Positions 41,783 to 55,622 are shown, counted from the first letter of the whole stretch. The stretch: DNA of 63,881 bases, filler included, from Octopus bimaculoides (GCF_001194135.2; 6 parts of 6 records of this genome joined end to end with filler, not necessarily neighbours in it), one strand, 5' to 3'. Translations and numbers: made by a program. Notes: generated by a model not told the origin, from the sequence alone.

Positions 41783-43094
41783 TTTTCATTAGAACAAAAG
41801 ACCAAAAGAAAACACAATGAATCGATCGAACAAATCAAATTATTAAAAACTAAACCATTTTCCGTTAACCATGCAGTCTGTTTACTTTTCTGATATGTAG
41901 GGGAGGTAACTCCTTAATCTTTTCTATTGTTACCGCTCTCCTGTCAATACTTACTATATTATTTATTTATTATAGAAAATTGATTATTCAAGATAAGTAG
42001 ATTATCTTAGTTGCCACTGGGAAGCTACTATTACTATTGACTCATTTTACATGTATATGTCTGCCTTAAACTCCGATATTATACTACATATTATCATTGA
42101 ACTAAGAGAATTTTTTCCACAAATAATTGCTTCTAGGAATTTTTTGAAGCCCCACAAGTGATATATTCAATTTTATTTTAATATATTAACATTGTCTGCT
42201 ATAATTATCATATTCCATGGATTCCATACTATAAGCTATAAACACTTCTCTTCTTATTTAAGATCCCCAGTGTGGTATCCTATCCCCAGTTTTTAATTTA
42301 ATTTAATACTTACGTTTATTATTGTCGAGTCATACACTTATATTCTGCTTTGAGATCTAATAATGGACTATCTTGTACTGTACTGTATTACCAGTTCGAA
42401 TTAACTCTTCATTATAATCAATCTATACTGAGTTTTTCCTAGGTTTGAATAGCAAATTCCCAGCCGCCACTTATAACTTTATTTTTACTATTTCTATATG
42501 GTCAGCCCTCATATCTAATATTATGTGCCCTTACTATTATTACGACTATTATTATTGTTATTGTTCTTCTTCTTATTATTATTAATCTTATATTACAACT
42601 CGTTACAATCTAGTAAACCTTCACTTATAAACTGTCCAGACTTTAATACCGGAACCTAGCATTGGCTTTCACTATTAAAAGTTATATTACTATTATTAAC
42701 AGATAATTTGGGGGGGGTCAATGTGAAATACTTTTAACTAACCCATCAACTATAGTAATACTTTCCCTAAATTAATACTACAGTGCCCTACTGGTTATAG
42801 TCAATTATCTATTATAATCTAACTCAATTTTCAAATGCCACTAAGGTTCAAGTACATCCCACAACTATTGCTTGTACGTTATATACCAATGTACCCTATT
42901 TCAGGATCTAAATTCATCTTATAATTTAGTATATACTAGATCAAACCTTAAACTAATGCTACCATTGGGTTCTATACCGTATCATTTAAACATGATTTTA
43001 TAGGGCCCTTGCCCCTATTATTACATTATTGGTGTGATCTGTCTATGGACTAACTGCTATGATTAGATTCATTATAACACCTCATATCTCAATT

Positions 43095-43594
43095 TTATTT
43101 AAACCAACGAAATGTGTTTCTTAAAATGTGTGTACATTTCAGAGCATTATTTGTTAATTTATTTAACAATTTACCCTTAGAGAATAGTATGCAATAAAGT
43201 TATGTCGTACAGAGCGAACAGTATTTCCTGCCTCTCTCATATGGCAAGGACCTCGCTACGATGGACCATTCTAACCAATATGGCTTATTATGTTCTTTGA
43301 GTTCCCAGATGTATTTCCTAAGACAAGTGCTTGCTATTTTCCTTCTATCTCCAAAAGTGGAGAAATGATTAGAGATTCTTCTACATACCTGCCCTGACGT
43401 GCAACCAAGGTATTTTGTGGTGCCTGTTTGGGTCCTTACCTTACATTGATATACTACATTTTTGACCTTCGCATTAGGTCCTTCAAACTTCAATCTCCTA
43501 GGGTTTACCTCATTTACTGTGATTAAGTTCCTACTCTTACAAACCTTATCACTATTTTTAATAATACCTCCATTATTATTATTATTATTATTGC

Positions 43595-43657
<63 letters not shown>

Positions 43658-43875
43658 CATCATCATTATTATTATTGCTATTTATATCATGGTTTAAATT
43701 CCCATTCCCCCCTATTTCTTTAGACTTTAGTATTTTAAGATTATGTGCTGCGATTATTTGTGCTAGGTTCATAGTATTTGAAAACCCAAACCTAATTATA
43801 TGTGTATTAATAATTTTACCATGGTGTGAACTCCTTGGGAAACGCCTACTTATTACCTGTCTGAACTTTGCTATC
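43095..43875 (-). pseudogene. PLE C-terminal ORF remnant: linker, poly-Asn, GIY-YIG endonuclease, Cys/His tail
   Basis: RFPRSSHHGKIINTHIIRFGFSNTMNLAQIIAAHNLKIL...(N-rich)...NVVYQCKV..YLGCT..RISNHFSTF..STCLRKYIWELK..WSIV..PY..CSLCTT*LYCILFSKGKLLNK..KCTH. One TAA at 43200-43202 sits where Glu is expected. Confidence 0.85.
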
Positions 43876-43944
43876 AGTTTTTAATAATTTGATTTGTTCG
43901 ATCGATTCATTGTGTTTTCTTTTGGTCTTTTGTTCTAATGAAAA

Positions 43945-44032
43945 TCATTCCTGATGACGTGTGAGACGATTAATATATTTAACCTTTTGATGGTTGAATA
44001 TAGTCAAACACAGAAATGTTTACATTGAATGA
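43945..44032 (+). ncRNA. Second copy of the extended-stem-II hammerhead in the inverted arm
   Basis: CUGAUGA 43951-43957, GAAA 44013-44016, H17 = U44026, stem I 43945-43950 with 44027-44032. Confidence 0.6.
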
Positions 44033-44134
44033 AGAATAATGGATAAATCTCCGGTGTTGAATTTCTCATTTTTAAATGTATAAATTTGAAACTTTGGATA
44101 TATACATATATATACATACACACACACACACCCA

Positions 44135-44201
<67 letters not shown>

Positions 44202-44757
44202 GTATCTGTTACAAGTGGCGTTACATTACTAAAAAGTTAAGTTTTAATGTTAATCTATATATTTTGGCGATATATCTTACTTATTTGGTGACCTATTTGA
44301 TTTTCTAATCTTCGTGTGTGATTCATGGGGTTTGACATGATATTCTAGAGAGATAGGTAGTCACTGTACATATATAATACCTGGTTTCCTGATATATGAA
44401 AACGCCAAATGAAGGCCACAAAAATGCACAGCCTTAGATTTTTGCAATATATCTTGCATCTCTTGTAAAAAAATATCATTGCAAACACTGCATTACATAA
44501 TTTAATAATTATTCAGAAGGTTACTATTCGACAAACAGTGAATTCTTTTTCTGTAATAAAATTCGACTTCAGGAAATTTTCATCAAGAGTATCTAAACAG
44601 GAGTGACCATGTAGTATATTTTGTGGCCCACCAAGTTTAATCAGCTCACTTTGTATTCATATATTTTTCTATGATCTACATGAGAAGATTGAGTGCGATA
44701 CTATAAGTCTTGACGGAGAGAATCTCCTGATTCGTGTGTATGTATATCTATATATCC

Positions 44758-44796
<39 letters not shown>

Positions 44797-44969
44797 GATC
44801 GATCTATATATATATATGTATGTTTGTATGTGTGTGTGTACTTATATATATGTCTATGTATGTATATACACATACACACGCACACGCACACACATACAAA
44901 GACACACACACATGCATATATATATATATATATATATATATACATGATGCTGTAAATTTCAACTAAGTT

Positions 44970-45400
44970 CCAAACATGAATCACCCGACAAAGAGTTGCT
45001 TGTAGGGAATGCTACGGAGCCGTACAAACGATCTAAACTGCATCCAGAGAAAGGTCACTTGGCTGAGGATAAATCGCCCAAGAACTGGCTCCATACCATA
45101 TACTCAATCAGCAAAATAATTTCCCACGTCTTTCTTAGCTATCGCTCCTATTGTAATCGCTGCTGCGCTTCAGACCTGGCCTGCCTTGTCTCTCCTCCAA
45201 TCTAGCGCACCGAACTACGGGTCCTTCTACGTTTTATTACTATATACTCTCGAACAACCTAAGCTCATAATGAAACATTATTCCCTAGGCCTTCCTCCTC
45301 ATAGCATCGGTTATCTGGAAATTACCTCGCTGCACATATACTACTGAAAAATGATCCGTCCCTGCCTCTTGTCTATAAACTATGTGATATCTCCAGTTTA
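44970..45400 (+). mobile_element. L2/Crack-like LINE 3' relic
   Basis: LNCIQRKVTWL, FLSYRSYCNRCCASDLACLVSPP, KHYS...; stops and shifts. Confidence 0.6.
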
Positions 45401-46479
45401 GTATCACTTGTGTTGTCTGTATTCCGCATCCACATCGTTCAATCTGTAGTTTCTCGAATTACTTCAGTTTTATCCGTAACATCATTCTTTGACCCTCTGT
45501 GTCGCACCCAGTGTCTGTTCTTCATTCTTCGTTGTAACTCACATTTTATGTGCATGTTAAAACACAGGCAGGGTGATAATATTGAAGAGACTGGATGTCG
45601 CCAAGGCCATGAGTTGTCCAGTTTTACTCTGAGTATATTTTCCTTCGATATAAACTACTTATTCACTGCGCTAACTGTTCAGTAGGGTTTCAGCGTCTAT
45701 ATCTCTGTGAATATTTTCTATCTGTCCTCCGTATACATATTTACCTTCTCTATTTCCTCGTTCCCCTTCATCAGCCATTTCATCGGCGTTTTGTTCCGGT
45801 TTATTACTGCATGTACGGCTAAATTCTGGTCGAGAATCTTTGCCATTATTGACTGTAACTGATTTGAAATTTCTACGAGGAGCACGAGGTTGTTGCAATT
45901 TGAATGTTTTTTAGTATTTTGTTGTTAATGTTGATGTCACCTTTCTAATCAGCGTTGTTGATAAACATTATGATATAATAAGTGAAGTGTTTGGAGATAT
46001 GGTACTGTAGCAGGGATTCGCATCCGAATCGTTGGATACGCAGTCAGACATCACGAGCAAACCACCATAGTTTACGTGATTGTTCTACTAATTGACCAGT
46101 CAGCATAAACACAATTTTGTCTTTATGTACGATAACAAAATCTTCTCTTAGATGTTTGTGAGAGTTGTTCAGTTTCTTCTACATGCAGTCCAAGAAACAT
46201 ATTTTCATTTACCAACTAAACCTGTCACCATCATAGACCGACCAACAACCTTTAGTCCACAACAGTTTTTCTTTCTGGATGCCTTTCCTGAGTGTAACTA
46301 TTACGGATAGTGACAGAAGAGCTGTATTGGTTTTACATTCCCGAGTTCGGTTCCCTAAGTAGATTTATATATGGTTTCTCGAGGCTTTGAATCCCCAGGG
46401 ATGTAGCGCAGCAGTTACCGATTCACCTCCATGCTATCAAATAGCCATTTCTAGTCTATGAGAGCGATGCAAAGGCGTA

Positions 46480-47500
46480 GTTCATACTTATTCACTCATT
46501 TTAGGTCAAGTTTTCTCAGAGTGAATATGCGGTATAGCGTACAATGTTTATTTCTTGACTGTTGGTTAAGATGTTTCGATAGTCTAGCGAATATGTCATT
46601 TAAATAAAGCTTGTAGATGTTAAGCAACATCCAGACGACTCGATAGATACTTGGGTTTTTTCTATCAACTATCTTATAAATCAAGGTAATATTTGACTTT
46701 TTTCACGACGAGAATAATTTGCCTCCTTCAAATAACAATTCTTACGCGAAACAAAGATTTTTCACAGCTGATCTTATTCACTCCCTGCCATTTTCTTTCT
46801 CATATCGTCCTTCTCTTTCATTTTTTTTCGCATCATAACTATTAAAGGATTCTCTCTTTCACTGACAATATTGTGTGACATCTCTTCCAGTACCTGTAAC
46901 AGCGGAGATCAATCAGCAATGATTATTTGAAAAGATCGATTTACGAAATGTGTAGATATATTGTACCTCACTTCTGTACATCAGCGGAAACTGTATTCGT
47001 TCCTGTGTATCGTTGCCTAATATTTATATTGAGCTCTTTCTTCCCATTTATTTAACAATGAAACGGGAACAGTTGAAAGAGCTTCAGAGACAAACATGAG
47101 ACGTAGAGAAAGCGATGCCCTAATTGTCCATTTATCTATTTCAACCAAACAATGATCTATATTTCAAGGTTTGCTTTTATCATTTTTGATACATCAATTT
47201 GAATAGCATCGTTATTCAATTTAAACTTCCTTTCATATCCGACAGCCATGTTATTTTTGTTAATTACTAGCCTTGATAGAAAGTCCCGATAGATTAATTG
47301 TGCTGAATTGAAAACAGCTTGCAAAGCTGTTAACGTCAAACAAGAAAAATAGAATTGTTTTAATTGTTAATGACATCTAGAAAATCTCCGAATTATATCG
47401 AGCGCCCATGTTATCTTTGTTGCACTGATGATCAAGCCGACAATATATAGTGGCTTAAGAGGCAGAATTGATTATCTTTATGAAACAAACAAACATGTAA
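46480..47500 (-). pseudogene. Possible Mutator/MULE transposase relic
   Basis: TILF..TALQAVFNSAQL, EALSTVPVSLLNKWEE and RKNPSIYRVV resemble MULE motifs in the right order; very decayed. Confidence 0.4.
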
Positions 47501-47814
47501 ACAAAACAAAAAACTAAACAAAACTTCAATATTTTTGCTTTTACAAATTTGTTTAAATTCGTTCAAATATTGAATGTCAGTTGCAAACACTTAGGTTTTT
47601 GAATACAATGCGTATTTAGAGTGAGTGTGTAACTAGCTTTTATCAATGTTCCTAACACTTTATTTTTTGATAGATTAATCAAATTCGTGCGCAGCGTTTA
47701 TGTATAGCTGCAATCATCCACATCCTATCTATTTGCTCCACTAATCGCAAAACATGCAAACATGTCGCCATGCACAGTAATTTCAGGATCCATCATAACT
47801 ACCATTCTACATTC

Positions 47815-47962
47815 GACGGCTGTGTGGTAAGAAACTTGTTTCGCAACCACATGCTTCCGGGTGCCACTGTGTTGCACTTGGAAATGTGTCTTCTACTGTA
47901 GCCTCGGGCCGACCAAAAACTATGAGAGGATTTGGTAGACGGAAACTGAAAGAAGCCCGTCG

Positions 47963-48022
<60 letters not shown>

Positions 48023-48215
48023 CACTTGTGCGTCTGTGTTTCCTCCCCACACCATCGCTTGACAACCGATGTTGGCGTGGTTACGCCCCTGTAACCAAGC
48101 GGTTCAGCAAAAGAACCCGATAGAATAAGTACTAGGTTTACAAAGAATAATTCCCGGGGACGATTTGTTCGACTAAAGGTAGTCCTCCAGCATGGACGCA
48201 GTCAAATATCTGAAA
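47815..48215 (+). mobile_element. SINE family A, full length with internal (TA)n
   Basis: Head and tail as at 19120. Confidence 0.9.
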
Positions 48216-48750
48216 AACGTAAAAGAATATGTGTGTGTGTTTGTGTGTGTGTGTGTGTCTGTCTGTCTGTCTGTATGTATGTATGTTTGTATGTATGTAT
48301 GTATGTATGTGTGCGTGTGTGCATATGTGTATGAGTGTGTGCGTGTGTGTGTATGTATATATATCAAAACATGGCCAGCTTCTAGTGCCACACTGCGATA
48401 CAGACGCTTTCAACGATATCCACAATTATTTACGTTACATAAACGGATATGTCGTTATGATGGCCGGAAAATAACGCTCAAAAACAATCGGTTCCTCTAT
48501 AAAGAGTTATCCATGAGAAGGATTGCACAAAATGTCGAATATTCTACTCTCATACACATGTAGGTATGTACACCCATCGGCCCAGTCGTTCATTCACATA
48601 CACATACAAACACAAAAACCTCTATGCACACAACATCACTTTATATTAACATCAAATACGCGCTAGAAACACATCCGCACACACCCGAGTTGTAAGATAC
48701 CCACCGCAGAAACAGCACACTCACTCATGCACACAATAGGGCCTAATATC

Positions 48751-48799
<49 letters not shown>

Positions 48800-49007
48800 N
48801 NNNNNNNNNNNNNNNNNNNNNNNNNNNNNNNNNNNNNNNNNNNNNNNNNNNNNNNNNNNNNNNNNNNNNNNNNNNNNNNNNNNNNNNNNNNNNNNNNNNN
48901 NNNNNNNNNNNNNNNNNNNNNNNNNNNNNNNNNNNNNNNNNNNNNNNNNNNNNNNNNNNNNNNNNNNNNNNNNNNNNNNNNNNNNNNNNNNNNNNNNNNN
49001 NNNNNNN

Positions 49008-49075
<68 letters not shown>

Positions 49076-49084
49076 AATGCGCAT

Positions 49085-49320
49085 GGCCTAGGGGTTAGAT
49101 TGCTGTACTTACGATCGCTAGATCGCGGTTTCGATTCTCAGATAGGGCGATGCGTTGTGTTCATGAGCAAAATACTCCATTTCACGTAAGTTACTCTAAT
49201 CGCCTTTCAATCAATGGTGCATGTTGACTTGCTCGTTATTCCAAGACTAAACCGATAGATGGCGTATTGTAACCAGCGATGTGTAACAACATCAGATAGC
49301 CTGGTTGATCACATGATCTC
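49085..49320 (+). mobile_element. SINE family E
   Basis: gcatggcctaggggttag...gcggtttcgattc...gttgtgttcatgagcaaaatac. Confidence 0.6.
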
Positions 49321-49652
49321 GAAATATACAATATATAAAAATGTTTATATATCTAGTGAGAGTGAGGTGCAGAGAGAAAGAGAGAGACGTACGTCAAATC
49401 CATGCAACATAAATTCTGGATTTACTGTAATTATCTCCACCTCAAATAGATTGCAAGATAGACTTTGTAAGAACTGCTCCAAATGAGTAGTAATGATTAA
49501 TTGCCCAAGATCGAGATGTCCTTAATGTAAAGTGAATACTCGGTGCGATATGTTTCTGCCTTATAAGTTCATATGAGAACAATTGATCGAACTTATCTTA
49601 AACATGTAAGGAACAAAAATTTATCCAAGAGAGAACATAATTATGACCTACG

Positions 49653-49688
<36 letters not shown>

Positions 49689-50487
49689 AGATATAAGTTA
49701 GAGGTAATGCAACCATCTACGGGGTAGATGTATCCGTTGGCACTCTTGGTGTATTACCTCACTGTGTATAGTCCACGTTATAAGGTATACGGTAGTAGGT
49801 ATTTTATAGATAAAACCGTGGTTTAATATATCTTCTCATCGTTAATTATGGCCCCATTTCTTATAGTCTGCTGTAATGCAAATATATATTTACCAGTGCA
49901 AAGTAACAATTTCTGCACAGGAACGTTCAAATAAAGAAAATAAATTTATTGAAAAATACACAACACCCCTAAATATGAGCCTATAACAAACTTCTCTCGC
50001 AGTAAACATTTTAATTCATGATCACATACCCATCTCTGTACATATTTGTTTTCACTGCTTTAGCTTTTCAGTTTTTGCAAATTTATTTATTCCCCCTCCC
50101 GCAAAAAGATGAGCAATTACTTCCCCTGTCTCGATTAGTGACGATCACCAATTAACTCTTCTTAGATTTTTTTTTCTTGTTGATTCATTCACAAACTTCC
50201 ATACAAGAACATGGACTAAAATCTTCTTAACAGATTATGAAATTATAATAATTTCAATGTCAAGATTAGCGAAACCGGTCGACGAACTCAATATTCTTTC
50301 ACTTATAAAATATATATTAAAATATATTAAAACTATGTAAACTCTGTGCATTTTCCTTCCTTTATTGNNNNNNNNNNNNNNNNNNNNNNNNNNNNNNNNN
50401 NNNNNNNNNNNNNNNNNNNNNNNNNNNNNNNNNNNNNNNNNNNNNNNNNNNNNNNNNNNNNNNNNNNNNNNNNNNNNNNNTATATAT

Positions 50488-50522
<35 letters not shown>

Positions 50523-50676
50523 TACATATACATATACATATCCATCTATCTATCTACCTATCAATCTATTTATATATATGTGTGTGTCTGTGTGTATGCG
50601 TGCGTGTGTGTGTGTGAGTGTGTGTTTATGCATCTATGAATGTATTTATGTATGTATATATGCGTGTATGTATGTA

Positions 50677-51331
50677 TAGTTTTAAACCTCTGAGCGAGAA
50701 ATATGTAGTAGCAGTACTGCAGAGTAAAGACTATTTGCCAACGTAAGGTGGCAGTCTTGCTTAGAATGATGTTACTACTGTTTAGTCCTAGGAAAACACC
50801 TTTTCCAGCTGGCTACCGACGCATTAACTGTGTCGGCATATTGTGAGCAAGGGATCTAATGCTCCCTCTCCAAACTTAGCCATACCTGCAGACTAGTGGT
50901 TTCTGTGTACTTTTGGCTAGAGATGGCAGCCTCTCAGCCTCATTCACAGTATATATTTTTTGAAATGACAACCAATCACTGACCTTGTAGAGAGAAAATC
51001 GACTAGTTTTAAATCTCTGAGCGCGAAATATGTAGTAACAGTGTAGCATAGTAAAACGTATTTGACAACGTAAAGTGGCAGTGCTGTTTGGGGCGATGTT
51101 ACTATTGTTAAGCCCAAGGAAAACATTTTTTCCAGCTGAATGCCGACACATCTTCTATATCTGTATACTGTGCGCAAGGGAGCCAATGTTCCCCCTCCAG
51201 CTTAACGATACCTGCAAACCAATGGTTTCTGGGTAATGATGTGTCGGTAGTCAGCCATTTTACATTGGCAAATATACTTTATTATGCAGTACTCTTACTA
51301 TATATTTCTCGCACAGAGATTTAAAACTAGT
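50677..51331. mobile_element. MITE with 37-bp TIRs (51002-51331) preceded by a partial copy (50677-50905)
   Basis: actagttttaaatctctgagcgcgaaatatgtagtaa at 51002-51038 vs the reverse complement at 51295-51331 (3 mismatches). The internal sequence is duplicated upstream. Confidence 0.75.
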
Positions 51332-51709
51332 TGTTTTTCTCTTTACAAGGTCAGTGATGTGTGTCACTTTAAAAGTGTATACTGTGATAGAGGTCGAATG
51401 GCTGCGATCTCTATCTAGCCAGTGATTGTCCTGTACCAAGGAAGGGAAATTACCTTGAAGCCATTGGCCTGCAGGTGTCGCTAAGGCTGGAGGGAGAGCA
51501 TTAGCGCACTTGTTCATAGTTTACGGACATAGATGATATGTCGTTAGATAACAGAAAAAAACAGGGGCTAAATTGTACTAACATCGTCCTAAGCACGACT
51601 GCCGCTTTACGTTGGGAGATAAACTTTACTATATATACATGCACACATACACACACATACATACACACATACATACATACATACATACATACACATATAC
51701 ATATATACA

Positions 51710-51742
<33 letters not shown>

Positions 51743-52381
51743 NNNNNNNNNNNNNNNNNNNNNNNNNNNNNNNNNNNNNNNNNNNNNNNNNNNNNNNNNN
51801 NNNNNNNNNNNNNNNNNNNNNNNNNNNNNNNNNNNNNNNNNNNNNNNNNNNNNNNNNNNNNNNNNNNNNNNNNNNNNNNNNNNNNNNNNNNNNNNNNNNN
51901 NNNNNNNNNNNNNNNNNNNNNNNNNNNNNNNNNNNNNNNNNNNNNNNNNNNNNNNNNNNNNNNNNNNNNNNNNNNNNNNNNNNNNNNNNNNNNNNNNNNN
52001 NNNNNNNNNNNNNNNNNNNNNNNNNNNNNNNNNNNNNNNNNNNNNNNNNNNNNNNNNNNNNNNNNNNNNNNNNNNNNNNNNNNNNNNNNNNNNNNNNNNN
52101 NNNNNNNNNNNNNNNNNNNNNNNNNNNNNNNNNNNNNNNNNNNNNNNNNNNNNNNNNNNNNNNNNNNNNNNNNNNNNNNNNNNNNNNNNNNNNNNNNNNN
52201 NNNNNNNNNNNNNNNNNNNNNNNNNNNNNNNNNNNNNNNNNNNNNNNNNNNNNNNNNNNNNNNNNNNNNNNNNNNNNNNNNNNNNNNNNNNNNNNNNNNN
52301 NNNNNNNNNNNNNNNNNNNNNNNNNNNNNNNNNNNNNNNNNNNNNNNNNNNNNNNNNNNNNNNNNNNNNNNNNNNNNNNNN

Positions 52382-52450
<69 letters not shown>

Positions 52451-53081
52451 TGTGTGTATGCTTCTATAATGTATGTCTGGAGGTGGATGTATTTATATAT
52501 TTATGCTTGTCTGTGTGTCTCTGTTAGTCGCGTTTATATATACTAGCAAATATAATCGTATATATTCTTACATAAAAGCAATTACACGCTGCTGACATGA
52601 AAGCAATTATGGTTTTCATCGTGATTTTAAATATACGTATATTTACAATACTGAATCTATTGAGTGATACCGAGAAAATACTATCAAATTTTCGAGGTTG
52701 GTAAAACTATGAGGAACACCTAATTTTCCAAGAGTAATCTTATATAATTTTTACAGCTGCTGCTGCGCTTAATGATAGGGAATCATTTCTGCACTCGTTT
52801 TGAGCTGACCAATCATACCACTTTAGTAAATTGCAGCAAAAATATGTGTAGCAATTAAATGTAATTTAATGAACAACGTGTGCAGACCACAGGCACACTT
52901 CTAAGACTATCCCAGCACCATCCGGTAATAGAGAAATGAATGCCACTTATTAAAATACAGAGCTGTAGAAAATTAAAAAGTGTGTTGTGAATATTGAATA
53001 ATACCCAATGTGCCAGCAATTAAGCATATGCACAGCAGATATTTTATATATTATATTTATGTGTGTGTCTGAGAGAAGGAG

Positions 53082-53126
<45 letters not shown>

Positions 53127-53136
53127 NNNNNNNNNN

Positions 53137-53179
<43 letters not shown>

Positions 53180-54347
53180 ATTCCTCTGTGTGTCAGTGTT
53201 TGTGAGTGGTTATTTGTGTGCGCATATATAGGCGAGACGGAGTTGTGCATATACTTAATTATGTACTTACGCACGTAGTTCGTTTAAGCCTGTGGATTTG
53301 AGTATTTTGTATATCAATGTATGTGTGCGTATGTGAATGTTTTGCGTGTGCATATGAATTCTCTTTAAGTGTAAATTAAGGAAACGTTTAACTGTTGCCT
53401 CATCCATCTATATTTATTGCAAACACGTTCAGTACTCCGTTTTGCTCCTAAATACTGTTGTCTATCTAATTACTACGTCTTTAGTCATGTTTTATGTGAT
53501 GCAGACATTCCTAAACTTCGTGATTGATTGTATGCTTATAAAACGTGTTCTGATAAAGGGCTTCATTGTGAACATTGTGTCTTTCAATACCAACACACTA
53601 TACCCTTACCTCTGCTACACTGGACAATGCATCTACTTAACTTCTAATATCTGTGGACTTCTATCCAGTTTTGGCCATTACATTTCTTAACAAGAAAGCT
53701 TGTAATCTTTCTCCACTCGGAGAAACAATTCTCCCTACCGAAGATAATGACCCTCTGATGCTCGTGTATTTTACTCTTAAAGATAGTATCTGTACATATA
53801 CACATGTCGAGTCTATTCTTCTCGCTTGGCTTTTTTTCTCGTGTGACTTACAGATAACCTACCTTCACCTCTTTCTCTGTTATCCTCTGAATACATATGC
53901 TTCAGCTCCGTCTTCTTTATATGTCTAACACCTACAAAACTTCGACCACATCTCTTCTTGAAATTCACTTCACCTGGAAACTCTGAAGTCGTTATTCTTC
54001 GCGCCATCAACTCTTCCATATCTTCTTGACTCTCACACTCGTCTCGTACACGTGCTGCAGCAGTTGAATCCTTTGCGATCTCCCATTTCCTATATTATCT
54101 AGATTCCTCAGCATTTTCATCCTACAATAAAGCGACTTAAACTACTCTTTTCGGCTTTCTCTTAACGAAGCAAACCTTCCAACAGACCATTACACTTTCT
54201 GTAAGTATCAAATCGTCCGATCACTGCCTTATCGAAGCCTCACATTACACATCAACATAATTCAGATCCATATTAACAATATATCAAATATCATGTATTT
54301 GAGTCCCTATGCATCAACCATAGCCTGACATGCAATAAAACCCATAC

Positions 54348-54528
54348 CAGGCGTCTCTGTGTGGTAAGTAGCTTCCTTACCAACCACATGGTTCCGGGTT
54401 CATTCCCACTAAGTGGGCAAGGGCCTTATAATATAACCTTGGGCAACCAAAGCCTTGTGAGTGGATTTGGTAGACGGAAACTGAAAGAAGCCCGTCGTAT
54501 ATATGTATATATATATATATGTGTGTGA

Positions 54529-54580
<52 letters not shown>

Positions 54581-54782
54581 TTGTGTGTCTGTGTTTGTCG
54601 CACCAACATCGCTTGGCAACCGATGCTGGTGTGTTTACGTCCCCGTAACATAGCGGTTCGGCAAAAGAAACCCATAGAGGAAGTAGTAGGCTTCCAGAGA
54701 ATAAGTCCTGGGGTCGATTTGCTTGACTAAATGCGGTGCTCCAGCATGGCCGCAGTCAAAATTACTGAAACAAGTCAAAGAG
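54348..54782 (+). mobile_element. SINE family A, full length with internal (TG)n
   Basis: Head and tail as at 19120. Confidence 0.9.
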
Positions 54783-55124
54783 TATCCTTTTAAGTATTTG
54801 CTTTTACATAAAAGTACAATCAAGCCTTAAACCGCAATATTCGCCAATAGTTCCGCAAATATTTTGCAAAATGTTCCTTTATTCCAGAGCCGCAATGTTT
54901 TGAGAAGCTGCCACCCTTTACAACGTAGCACCGCAACATGTGTAATATAATCTTTCCGAGCTATGATGAATTTCCCTGGCATGACGTATCTGGTTTTCCT
55001 ACCTACCTTTTTCCCCNNNNNNNNNNTGTAACAAATTACAATTGCAAGTCTGTTGGTTCTTTATTTTTCTGTGTTCTGAAGCTATTGAATTCTTTCTTCT
55101 CCTTCTTCTTTTTTTTTATTATTT

Positions 55125-55520
55125 GCTTCAGTCATTTCTCTGCAACCATGCTGGAGCACTGCCTTGAACGGTTTTAGCCGAACAAAACTACACCAGGACT
55201 TATATCTTAACACTAGTAATTTTTCTAACAGTCTCTCTTGCCAAACACCGCTTAACTAGCGACCCATTGTATAACATATCCCCATTAACAAAAAAAGAAA
55301 TTGAAGAATTTTTGCAAACATATATGGATGCATGCATGTATGTGTATATATATATATATATATATACGCACACGATGGGCTTTTTTCAGTTTCTGTCGAC
55401 CAAACCTACTCACAAGATTTTAATAGGCCAGGGTGACAGTAGAAGCCACTAACCCATGGTACCACATGCTGGGACTGAACATGGAACCATGTGTTTGGCA
55501 AACAAGCTTCTTACCATATA
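55125..55520 (-). mobile_element. SINE family A (tail 55125-55262, head 55375-55520)
   Basis: ccatgctggagcactgcc...; ...gggactgaacatggaaccatgtg...cttacca. Confidence 0.7.
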
Positions 55521-55622
55521 TANNNNNNNNNNNNNNNNNNNNNNNNNNNNNNNNNNNNNNNNNNNNTTAATTAATTAANNNNNNNNNNNNNNNNNNNNNN
55601 NNNNNNNNNNNNNNNNNNNNNN

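Larger units (their letters stand above)
41630..44098 (-). mobile_element. 5'-truncated Penelope-like element bounded by inverted pLTR copies
   Basis: 41630-41851 is the reverse complement of 43876-44098 (about 3 differences by eye). Between them lie the GIY-YIG coding region and about 1.25 kb of AT-rich 3' sequence. Confidence 0.85.

Noticed and set aside
46010-46075. tRNA-like segment on the minus strand
   Set aside because: Only degenerate A/B boxes; no cloverleaf; probably an old SINE head. The same applies to all SINE heads, none of which is called as a tRNA gene.
53440-54340. Coding-like composition on the minus strand; also 45400-45900
   Set aside because: Probably decayed element sequence, but I could not match any motif reliably.
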